Below are positions 39,044 through 48,634 of a stretch of 64,000 nucleotides of DNA, piece after piece (position 1 is the stretch's first letter; each line of letters opens with the position of its first letter). A program made the translations under genes and the position numbers. The notes below the pieces were generated by a model, which saw only the letters and a program-made list of their open reading frames with translations, was not told the origin of the DNA and did no database searches. This stretch comes from Candidatus Poribacteria bacterium (GTDB lineage Bacteria > Poribacteria > WGA-4E > WGA-3G): the NCBI GenBank assembly GCA_965214095.1, contig OZ243938.1:160001-224000 (forward strand), given 5' to 3'.

Positions 39044-39715
39044 TTAGAATTTAATGAATTCTTCTACAATGATAATATCTTCAGCACCTACACGTGCAAT
39101 TTCTGGATATCCTCTCGGTTTCTGTCCTAATGGTGGACGGTTCACATAAGAACCAATTTGTAGTTGCAAAGGAACTAATTCCATAGCAATAATTACAGAT
39201 GATAACCTCCCGTTTGCCCCAGCATGTGCATTGCCGCGTAACGCTCCAAGAACTACAATATCGCCAGATGCAACTACCTCACCACCAGGATTAACATCAC
39301 CATAAATGATAACACTCCCAGTTAAAGAAGAAGTCGTCTGACCTGAGCGAATCGTTTGCCGGACAATCTCTGCATGTGAAAAATCTTGTTGATTGTCAGC
39401 AGGAAGTCCTTGCGGAATATTATGCACTGCAGGTGCAGCCAGAATCGGAGATTCTTCGGTCTCATCAAGGATGTTAACACCACTAACTACCAGATCGTAG
39501 TGTTCTGTCAAATGTGTTTCTAAATCCTTTAGATCATCAGAGGTTAAGGGTGATGTAGACATGTCAATATGGACAGTTGTACCCGCCAAGGGTTGATTCA
39601 TCCCATTTATTAAGTCATGAATTGCTGTCTCTACATCTTTCAGAGAGACTTTCGGTTTGATAATAAGATGCAAACCATCTTTATAACCTCTGAGTTTAAC
39701 GATTGCATTTTCCAT
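39044..39715 (-). CDS. minC: Septum site-determining protein
   Basis: TIRSGQ, GDVNPGGEVVASGDIVVLGALRGNAHAG. Confidence 0.92.
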   Translation of the reverse strand: MENAIVKLRGYKDGLHLIIKPKVSLKDVETAIHDLINGMNQPLAGTTVHIDMSTSPLTSDDLKDLETHLTEHYDLVVSGVNILDETEESPILAAPAVHNIPQGLPADNQQDFSHAEIVRQTIRSGQTTSSLTGSVIIYGDVNPGGEVVASGDIVVLGALRGNAHAGANGRLSSVIIAMELVPLQLQIGSYVNRPPLGQKPRGYPEIARVGAEDIIIVEEFIKF

Positions 39716-39766
39716 TTGTCTCTCTCAAGGAACAATATTGTCTTTTGTCAATAAATTATTATTGAA

Positions 39767-41056
39767 TTACGTTTGATCGCTTTTATCCTCAATCTTAGCT
39801 AATACATAAGGACCTTCAGGTATTGCGGCAATCTGAACATCATTACCATACCGTTCTAATATGTCGTCAATTCCATCTTGTGGATTATCCAAAGGATGAA
39901 CAAATAGTTTTGACCGTTGATGATTCGGAATACCATCTGTATAAAAATAGATGTCAGCTTTGCGCGCTACTTTCGCCAACTCCTCCAATTGCCACTGGTC
40001 AATGACGAAATTAGCTGGATTATACAGACCTTCAACAAATGCTGTCAAATCATCAGTCTTGAAGAGCAAGTCAGTAAACGGTTTGCTACCTATTCCTTCA
40101 CTACATTCAGCCACAAGCAGAATACTTCCTCCTTGTTCAACAATTTCAACAGCAGTTAGTAGACCTTTAATCGCCTGATAGAAGGTAGTATCCAACGGGT
40201 ATCCAGCACTTGAAACAACAACCGCATCAACGGGAGCAGGAAGTGTAACTTTCGCCTGACTTTCAACAAACTGTGCCCCCTTAAGATGGGATTCAACCAA
40301 ATCGCCGGCGAAAACACCTGTTATCTGCCGTTTCTTGTCAATAGCAACATTCAGACAAAAGTCAACACCTGCCATTAAGGCTATTTCAGTCGCTTCCTCG
40401 TGAAAAGGATTTCCATCTAAAATACCTACAGCAGATTTTGGATGTTCCATCAACTCAGGACCATGCATAATCTTCATTGTTTCAACCGATGCAAGTCCAG
40501 GACAGACAGCTTTCCGTCCACCAGAATAACCAGCCATCAAATGCGGTTCAATCAAGCCAGTAACTATTTTCAAATCAGCTGCGAGATAAGTGCTATCAAT
40601 ATAGACTGGAGTATCGTTGTTTGTTTTCCCAAGATATGTATGTGTCTCCGATTCTTGTGAAAAATGGTTGACAATTCGGTAGGAATCCATGATGAAACGT
40701 CCAACCATCTCTTCAAGTTCCTTGCCTTCATTGGGACGATGAATACCAGTCGCGATAAGGATTGTGATTTTATCACGAGAAATACCTGATTCTTCAAGAG
40801 TCTTGAGAATAGGTGGGAGTATAATTTTGTTTGGGACAGGACGTGTGATATCTGAAATTACAATGCATGCAGAGTCGCGTCCTACAGCAAGGTTAGCTAA
40901 AGAAGGTGAGGCAATAGGATGTGAAATTGCATCTCGCACAGCACCATCAGTATCATCTAATGGAACCGAAGGTACAGTTTCCAAAATCCCAGCTAAATTA
41001 TTATCTGGAATCTCCACCGTAACAGTACCATGACCATATCTCATATCTACTTGCAT
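39767..41056 (-). CDS. larA: Nickel-pincer-dependent lactate racemase family protein
   Basis: SDITRP, ATGIHR, IEPHLMAGYSGGRK, GYPLD..FYQ..KG. Confidence 0.88.
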   Translation of the reverse strand: MQVDMRYGHGTVTVEIPDNNLAGILETVPSVPLDDTDGAVRDAISHPIASPSLANLAVGRDSACIVISDITRPVPNKIILPPILKTLEESGISRDKITILIATGIHRPNEGKELEEMVGRFIMDSYRIVNHFSQESETHTYLGKTNNDTPVYIDSTYLAADLKIVTGLIEPHLMAGYSGGRKAVCPGLASVETMKIMHGPELMEHPKSAVGILDGNPFHEEATEIALMAGVDFCLNVAIDKKRQITGVFAGDLVESHLKGAQFVESQAKVTLPAPVDAVVVSSAGYPLDTTFYQAIKGLLTAVEIVEQGGSILLVAECSEGIGSKPFTDLLFKTDDLTAFVEGLYNPANFVIDQWQLEELAKVARKADIYFYTDGIPNHQRSKLFVHPLDNPQDGIDDILERYGNDVQIAAIPEGPYVLAKIEDKSDQT

Positions 41057-41329
41057 TTATTTCAATCCTAAATCAATATAACAATATGTTCAAACAATTA
41101 ATTCACTAATGAATAGAGAAATGAAGGATTTGAAAATGGAATTGTGTGAACTAAAATAGAGTGTAACACACAACACAGTTAATGTCAACTTTTTCCTATA
41201 ACATATCTCTGTATCAAACGAAATTTGACTTGAATTTTAACCCACAAAATGTTAAACTTTACTTGTTATTCAATGAATTCACCAACATTTGAGAATAGAA
41301 TATTTCACTCATATACGGAGAATAGAAAC

Positions 41330-41716
41330 ATGCATCGCATTGAAGTCACAACAAAACCAAATGGAGCAGGTCGCAATTGGTTAGAGGTAGGATCTTTTGA
41401 AATAGACTCACTGGGTCGTAAACAGTGGGTTAAGAATAATGTGCCGTATCAAGACCACAAACTAACCGTTGATCGTCAGTATTCTGAACGTGGTGAAACG
41501 ATTGATTGGATCGTGCTTATACCTGAATCCTATCCAAATACTCTTGTGAAGATCACTTATGATAGATTAAACCCAAAAGATCTTGAAATCCTATGGGAAC
41601 CGGGTAATACATCAGATTCTAACGAAAGCCTTGAAAATAAAAAGAAACGAGTTTATGAACTGGCCGCCGAGAATGAAGAACTCTTATCACTACTTAAAGA
41701 ACTACTGCATGATTAA
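41330..41716 (+). CDS. Hypothetical protein with short C-terminal coiled coil
   Basis: GGAG RBS before ATG 41330; no recognisable family. Confidence 0.6.
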   Translation: MHRIEVTTKPNGAGRNWLEVGSFEIDSLGRKQWVKNNVPYQDHKLTVDRQYSERGETIDWIVLIPESYPNTLVKITYDRLNPKDLEILWEPGNTSDSNESLENKKKRVYELAAENEELLSLLKELLHD

Positions 41717-41746
41717 CAGTCGCTTTGCAGTGTAGTAATCTATTTC

Positions 41747-43117
41747 TCACCATCCATACATGTCTGGTCCCCAAGGTTTTGTAATCAGTTCCTGTTTTGC
41801 TAACACCATAGTTTTACTCGGAACATCATCGTATAGAATTACGCCAGGTCCAACGACACTATAGGAACCAATCCTCCTACCAGGCATTATCATTGCATTT
41901 ACACCTGTTCTGCAGTAATCACCAATGTAAGTAGCATTTGCCCCATAAGATGGAACTTCGTAACGACCTTCAACCTGTATTGCGGTGTCACGGTCATCAA
42001 ATCTTAGCGTTCCACATACAGTCGCAGCTCCTATATCCGTTGCATTTCCAAAAACACCAGACATTTCACAATAGTGATATAGATAGACTTTGTCGAACAT
42101 CACTCCTGACATTTCAGCACCATGTCCAACGATACACCGATTTCCAATAGTGCTGCTACCTATATCACAATAATCACTGATACGACACTGATTGCCTATC
42201 AGTATATTACCGTGTATGATTGCACCATTTGTGATGTTGTTATTTGATCCTGCAATGAGTGTTCCATTGACGACAACCCGCGGACCAATAACTGTGTTTT
42301 TCCCTAAAACAACTTTCCCGTTTATTTCCGCTCCATCAGATATTCTTGCCCCATCTGCAATTTGATCTGTATCAACTTGTTTAGAAAGGTGATCAACTAA
42401 CCTATGATTTGCTTCCAATACATGCCAAGGTTTGTCAACGTCAACAAAAAAGTCAGTTGTTTCCACGGCTAATACTTCTATACCGTCTTCAATCATGAGT
42501 TGTATAGATTGAGCAATTTCGGATTCGGGTGGTGGCATGCCACCGACAGGAACTTGTGTGACGATTCCAGGATTTCTTAACAGATAAGGTTTTGCAGTAG
42601 ATTTAAATGCATAGATTCCGCATAGACGATGTGAACCACCTCGCGGATGTCCTTCAATACCCCTTAGACATCCATCAGAAAACTTAGCGCAAAGCCAATT
42701 GCTTGCGTCCTCATCGTTTAGCGGATGAATTAATGCAGCAACTTCTGCATCCTGACGATAAAAAACCTCTGTAATGTTACGAAAATTATCAGATGTGGTT
42801 ACAATATCTCCATATACTACTAAAAAATTATCTTCATTAAAGTTATTTAGTGCTGTTAAAACAGCATCTGTAGTGCCATTTAGAGGATTTTGAGTGACAA
42901 ATTCAACATTTGAAATGTCCGCAACAGCACCACGAATCTGTTGAGCATAATGTCCAACTACTACGATAATTCTGTTGATACCCACTTCAAGAAGGTTTTC
43001 AACAATCTGTCGTATAATTGGTTTATTTGCAACAGGAATCGTGCATTTCTGCCTGAATTCTCCATAGGGCCAAACTTTTCGACCTAATCCAGCTGCTAAA
43101 ACTATAGCACTCTTCAT
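41747..43117 (-). CDS. Sugar-phosphate nucleotidyltransferase with left-handed beta-helix (GlmU-like)
   Basis: AIVLAAGLG, VVYGD, hexapeptide repeats in the C-terminal half. Confidence 0.82.
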   Translation of the reverse strand: MKSAIVLAAGLGRKVWPYGEFRQKCTIPVANKPIIRQIVENLLEVGINRIIVVVGHYAQQIRGAVADISNVEFVTQNPLNGTTDAVLTALNNFNEDNFLVVYGDIVTTSDNFRNITEVFYRQDAEVAALIHPLNDEDASNWLCAKFSDGCLRGIEGHPRGGSHRLCGIYAFKSTAKPYLLRNPGIVTQVPVGGMPPPESEIAQSIQLMIEDGIEVLAVETTDFFVDVDKPWHVLEANHRLVDHLSKQVDTDQIADGARISDGAEINGKVVLGKNTVIGPRVVVNGTLIAGSNNNITNGAIIHGNILIGNQCRISDYCDIGSSTIGNRCIVGHGAEMSGVMFDKVYLYHYCEMSGVFGNATDIGAATVCGTLRFDDRDTAIQVEGRYEVPSYGANATYIGDYCRTGVNAMIMPGRRIGSYSVVGPGVILYDDVPSKTMVLAKQELITKPWGPDMYGW

Positions 43118-43143
43118 AATTTATGATATCCCATCCGCTATAT

Positions 43144-43860
<717 letters not shown>

Positions 43861-44063
43861 CTATTTTGCATTATTATTCCAAAGATAGTAATTACATCTC
43901 CTTATTGAATCCATTGTTCTTTCATAATATTGCCTATCTGTTTTTATTTTACTATAAAAGACAAAGATTGGCAAGAATAAGAAATAGTCACATTTCTCAT
44001 TTAATTGTTGCAATTTGGATATAGTCGTGGTAACTTATATCAAAAAGTAAATGAGGAACATAT

Positions 44064-45065
44064 ATGGCAAAACAGAAATTAAGATTTGGTTTTATTGGAT
44101 GTGGTGGTAACTCACGCGGGCACGGACGGAGTGTCTCTGGTGTAGAGGATGTTGAAATTGTCGGTCTTGCAGATCCAAGTGAAAATGCACTTAAAGCGTT
44201 CAAAGAAACCGTCGGTTTAGACGATTCAGTTCCCACATTCTCTGACCATGTTGAAATGTTAACAGACTTAAAACCCGATGCAGTCGTCATTAGTTCACCC
44301 CATGGTCTACATTTTGAGCATATCATGTCTGCGCTTGATGCGGGTTGCCACGTACATACTGAAAAACCAATGGTATGCACCGTTGACCACGCTAAACAGG
44401 TGATGACTAAGGTTGAAGAAACCGGTCTACACCTGATGATCGGCTATCAACGACATTTGAGTCCTACATATCAATACTGTAGACAAGTAGTCCAGAGTGG
44501 TGAACTTGGCAAAGTGAACTTTGTCGCAGCACATCAATCGCAGAATTGGTATCGAAATCAACAGGGAAAATGGCGACAAGATCCATTCCTTGGCGGTGGT
44601 GGCCAACTCAACGATTCTGGAAGTCATCTGATTGATATCCTCCTTTGGGTATTAGAAGCAAGTCCTGAAAACGTCTTTGCTATGATAGACAACATAGACA
44701 TTGAAGTAGATGTACTCACCGCAATGTCCATCAAATTTGATACAGGGGCATTGTGTAATATCAGCATCGTAGGGCATGCACATGGGGGTGTGCAAGAAGA
44801 CTTTTCCATCTGGATGGAAGACGGCGGACTCTTTCTACGCGCAGGTAAGTTATTGCGTCAAGGATCGGGTGGAAAACCTGAACCTGTTGATGAATCTGAT
44901 TTACCAAAAGGTGGAAACAAAGATGTCGCTTTCATTGAACTCATACGTGGTGAACGCACAGAGAATCCAATTGGTGTTGAAAACGGCTTGCGTGTGATAC
45001 AGTTAACAGAGGCTGCATGGCAATCTGCTGAACTTGGTAGACCTGTCCAAGTAGACCTGAGTTAA
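44064..45065 (+). CDS. Gfo/Idh/MocA family oxidoreductase
   Basis: FGFIGCGG, TEKPM, GGGQLNDSGSH. Confidence 0.9.
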   Translation: MAKQKLRFGFIGCGGNSRGHGRSVSGVEDVEIVGLADPSENALKAFKETVGLDDSVPTFSDHVEMLTDLKPDAVVISSPHGLHFEHIMSALDAGCHVHTEKPMVCTVDHAKQVMTKVEETGLHLMIGYQRHLSPTYQYCRQVVQSGELGKVNFVAAHQSQNWYRNQQGKWRQDPFLGGGGQLNDSGSHLIDILLWVLEASPENVFAMIDNIDIEVDVLTAMSIKFDTGALCNISIVGHAHGGVQEDFSIWMEDGGLFLRAGKLLRQGSGGKPEPVDESDLPKGGNKDVAFIELIRGERTENPIGVENGLRVIQLTEAAWQSAELGRPVQVDLS

Positions 45066-45126
45066 TACTGTCAAAAATACAGGAATATATACTCAGCATG
45101 AAGAGTTACATCATTGGAGGATATAA

Positions 45127-45900
45127 TTGCTTGATGTCCAGGAACTTTGTAAATCCTTTAATAACAAACCGTTTCTCACTGATATTACATTCCAAGTTGC
45201 ATCGGGAGAATCCCTATTCTTACTTGGCAGAAACGGTGCGGGGAAAACGCTGCTACTCAAAATCTTAGCAACGTTAGTAAAACCAACATCAGGCACTGTC
45301 TCAATATCTGACATAGATGCATTTTCAAACCTAAAGCATGTGCGTCCGCGAATCGGTTATATCACAACTACTAATGAAACTTATCCTAAGTTATCTGTTC
45401 GAGACTATCTTAAATTCTTCGCATCAGCATATAAGATTCATAAAATGGAACAGAATGCAGCAATTGATGCAGTTCTTGAATTGATGGACATTCAACATCT
45501 GCTTGATCAGCAAATTGGGGGACTGTCTGCTGGTGAACGCCATCGCCTATTGTATGCTAAAACCTTTCTTCATGAACCACAATTGTGGTTGCTTGATGAA
45601 CCCTTAGCTCAACTTGAACCCCAAGGGCAAATTGAGATGATAGAATTGCTCCGTGAACTACAGACGATGGGAAAAACGCTCGTTATTGCCACCAATCGTT
45701 TGGAAGATGTGATTAGGCTTAGTGATATAAATGCAAGTAATACTTCAAACTCAGATAAACTTGGTATACTTGTAAATGGAAAGTTTGCCGTGTTTAACTC
45801 ACTAAATCTCATACAAAAGGATTTCAAAGATAAGAACAATTCTGAAGAACTGAAGCCGAATTGGCTTGCTGAACTCTATTTGGAGGTTACAAAATCGTAA
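45127..45900 (+). CDS. ABC transporter ATP-binding protein (orphan; H-loop reads ATN)
   Basis: GRNGAGKT, LSAGE, LLDEP. Confidence 0.82.
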   Translation: MLDVQELCKSFNNKPFLTDITFQVASGESLFLLGRNGAGKTLLLKILATLVKPTSGTVSISDIDAFSNLKHVRPRIGYITTTNETYPKLSVRDYLKFFASAYKIHKMEQNAAIDAVLELMDIQHLLDQQIGGLSAGERHRLLYAKTFLHEPQLWLLDEPLAQLEPQGQIEMIELLRELQTMGKTLVIATNRLEDVIRLSDINASNTSNSDKLGILVNGKFAVFNSLNLIQKDFKDKNNSEELKPNWLAELYLEVTKS

Positions 45901-46673
45901 TGTCAGACATTGGACAATTTTTTCACGAAAATGGTTACTATTTCGCAAAAGGAGTCTATTCACCACAAGAGATAAAGGAGATGGAAAATGACTTCGACCG
46001 CGTAGTAGACCAGTTAGTAAAAAGTGATGAGAATATCAATGCACGCTGGGGTGGTAGATTGATGGATGCACTTGATGGTGGCGAATCTATTATTATCCAC
46101 ACGCATAACATCCAAAGCTTCTCTGGTGTGTGGTTACAAGCATTCATGCATGACAAGTTTCTTGACATAACTGAGGAAATCCTTGGACCTGACATTATGC
46201 TGCATCATTCCAAACTTTTCTGCAAACCACCAGAGAAAGGTTCACCATTTCCGATGCATCAAGATTGGCAGTATTTTCCTTCTGAAAAAGATACGATGAT
46301 TGCTGCGATAGTCTATGTATCCGATGCAACAGATGAGATGGGTTGTGTCCGAGTTTATCCGGGTTCACACAAAGAATTGGGACGCACAGATGGAATGATG
46401 GGTGGCGGACAAAATGAAGAAATCACAGAACGGTACCCAATTGAGAAAGCAACTGTTTTAGAAGCTGAACCGGGGGATGTGCTTTTCTTTAGTTATTTCA
46501 CATTGCACGGTTCAATGCCAAACCGTTCAAATAAGACACGAAAGAGCGTTCTCGTACAGATGCATGCAGGTAACGATCAAATCATACCTGATAATAGGCA
46601 CACAAATGTGAAATTAGTCCTCCGAGGGTTGAATCATTTTGCTACCCGTTCTTCTGTTAGTCGTATAATCTAA
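45900..46673 (+). CDS. PhyH family Fe(II)/2OG dioxygenase
   Basis: PMHQD, GCVRVYPGSHK, TLHGS.PN. Confidence 0.9.
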   Translation: MSDIGQFFHENGYYFAKGVYSPQEIKEMENDFDRVVDQLVKSDENINARWGGRLMDALDGGESIIIHTHNIQSFSGVWLQAFMHDKFLDITEEILGPDIMLHHSKLFCKPPEKGSPFPMHQDWQYFPSEKDTMIAAIVYVSDATDEMGCVRVYPGSHKELGRTDGMMGGGQNEEITERYPIEKATVLEAEPGDVLFFSYFTLHGSMPNRSNKTRKSVLVQMHAGNDQIIPDNRHTNVKLVLRGLNHFATRSSVSRII

Positions 46674-46733
46674 CAGCAGAACTTATACATTGCTACTTAC
46701 AGTCCCATTGATAAAAGGATTTAGGGAGTTAAT

Positions 46734-47045
46734 ATGAAAAATCAAACGATTCTCAGCAAGGAATCAATTAAACAGAGTCTTGTTGACAATCGAAAAACCT
46801 TGCAAAAATACGGTGTCAAGCGAATCGGCTTGTTCGGATCTTATGTACGAGGGACAGCATCCACCGAGAGCGACATTGATATCATTGTTGAACTTGAAAG
46901 ACTGACCCTTCGCGACTACATGGGATTGGCTCTTTTTCTTGAAGACCTGTTTAAGAAGGACGTTGATCTAATGACTACTACCTCCATTAAACCGCGTCTA
47001 AAACCTTATATTGAAAAAGAGATAGAGTATGTCACGAATCTATAG
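46734..47045 (+). CDS. mntA: MNT (minimal nucleotidyltransferase) antitoxin
   Basis: LFGSYVRG...SDID fits the GSX10DXD motif. Confidence 0.88.
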   Translation: MKNQTILSKESIKQSLVDNRKTLQKYGVKRIGLFGSYVRGTASTESDIDIIVELERLTLRDYMGLALFLEDLFKKDVDLMTTTSIKPRLKPYIEKEIEYVTNL

Positions 47046-47373
47046 TTTATATCTCGAAGATGTAGTTGAGGATGCTGAACGTATTGCATCGTACGTTGAA
47101 AACGTTTCACAAAGTGAATTTGAAACGGATCAGATGCGGGTTGACGCGGTCATCAGAAACCTCCAAATCATCGGCGAAGCAGTTAAAAAATTCCCAGATT
47201 CGATCCGAAAGGATAATACAGACATAGCCTGGAACGAAATTGCAGGTCTAAGAAACAGAGTAACTCACGTATATTTTAATGTAGATACTAATATAATCTG
47301 GGACGTAGTGCAATTTGAACTTCCGATGTTAAAGACACAAATTCAACATATCCTTAATGAGATAAGTGAATGA
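47029..47373 (+). CDS. hepT: HEPN/DUF86 RNase toxin
   Basis: IIGEAVK; RNRVTHVY fits RX4HXY; overlaps the MNT gene. Confidence 0.88.
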   Translation: MSRIYSLYLEDVVEDAERIASYVENVSQSEFETDQMRVDAVIRNLQIIGEAVKKFPDSIRKDNTDIAWNEIAGLRNRVTHVYFNVDTNIIWDVVQFELPMLKTQIQHILNEISE

Positions 47374-47594
47374 GAACATTTCTCTTTGTACTTATGAACA
47401 ATTAAGAAATTTGTGTTCACTTTCCTTATCATTTCTGATATACCATCAGGAGAATTGGAAGAACCATCTGTCAAAAACTCAGAGCCCGGACACTAAGGGG
47501 AATATAGAATACCAGATAATACGTAATCGTCATGAGATCAATCTGAAAACAAAGCATGATGAAGAATAAACTTACTTTAAAATAGGAGTATTAA

Positions 47595-48590
47595 ATGATA
47601 AAAGTTGGAAAAATTAGTATGGCACATGTTCACGCAGGTGGATATGCACGACAAATTCACGAAAACCCTGAAACAGAACTCGTCGCAGTATGGGATGAGG
47701 AAGAATACGGAGGCAAAGATGCAGCAGAACAGTACGAAGTACCGTTCTATACAGACCTTGATGAGATGTTAAGCCGCGACGATATTGATGCCGTTGCTGT
47801 TGATGCTATCACATCAGACCATCCTCGTGTGATGATTGCTGCTGCCGAAGCCGGCAAACATATCTTCACAGAGAAAGCACTTGCAATCACAGTTGAAGAA
47901 TGCGATCCGATTATTGAAGCAGTTGAAAAAGCAGGTATAAAGTTCATGATTTCTCTGCCATCGCGTGCGAATGGCGAGATACTATTCGCAAAAAAAGTAA
48001 TTGATGATGGACTTCTCGGAGAAATTACTTTTGGCAGAGGTCGGATAGCACATTCCGCTGCCCTTGATAAATGGTTCGGTGGATCAAGTGCTTGGTTTGC
48101 AGACCCTGATCGCGCAGGTGGTGGTGCTCTCTTTGATTTAGGATGCCACCGTGTTGATGTCATACGATGGTTAATGGGTGAACCCAAAAGTGCTATTGCT
48201 AAGATAAACAACTTCACTGGTAACTTCCCCATTGATGATAATAGTGTTTCAGTCGTAGAGTTTGCAAACAAGGCACTCGGTGTGATTGATGTTGCATGGA
48301 CACACCGTTCCGGTCCGAATATGCTTGAGATATACGGTACTGAAGGTTCTTTTGCTGCAGGACACGGTGAGATGCATTTTCAGACGCGCAAACTGTCTGA
48401 TGAAGAGAAGGCAAAATACATATCGGATGCTCCTGCAGCACCACCATCTCCATTGCAGCAGTGGATCAATGCAATCCTTCGCGACGAACCGATGACAATC
48501 ACTATACAAGATGGACGAAACCTGACAGAACTGATGCAGGCGTTCTATATGTCCTCTGAACAGGGGAAAGCGATAGAATTTCCGCTTTAA
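47595..48590 (+). CDS. Gfo/Idh/MocA family oxidoreductase
   Basis: HVHA, FTEKAL, GGGALFDLGCH. Confidence 0.9.
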   Translation: MIKVGKISMAHVHAGGYARQIHENPETELVAVWDEEEYGGKDAAEQYEVPFYTDLDEMLSRDDIDAVAVDAITSDHPRVMIAAAEAGKHIFTEKALAITVEECDPIIEAVEKAGIKFMISLPSRANGEILFAKKVIDDGLLGEITFGRGRIAHSAALDKWFGGSSAWFADPDRAGGGALFDLGCHRVDVIRWLMGEPKSAIAKINNFTGNFPIDDNSVSVVEFANKALGVIDVAWTHRSGPNMLEIYGTEGSFAAGHGEMHFQTRKLSDEEKAKYISDAPAAPPSPLQQWINAILRDEPMTITIQDGRNLTELMQAFYMSSEQGKAIEFPL

Positions 48591-48598
48591 TACCTTCA

Positions 48599-48623
48599 CG
48601 TAGGCGCGCTTTGTAAGCACGCT
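48599..48623 (+). repeat. GTAG-type REP-like palindrome (family B)
   Basis: CGTAGGCGCGCTTTGTAAGCACGCT; matches 9429-9453. Confidence 0.6.
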
Positions 48624-48634
48624 TAAAATTTTCA

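Noticed and set aside
41747-43117. glmU gene symbol
   Set aside because: The architecture fits, but the canonical GxGTRM...K motif is altered (GLGRKVWP), so the substrate is uncertain.
47366-47569. 67-aa ORF after hepT as a third TA component
   Set aside because: No recognisable motif and an unconvincing start; it cannot be supported from the sequence.
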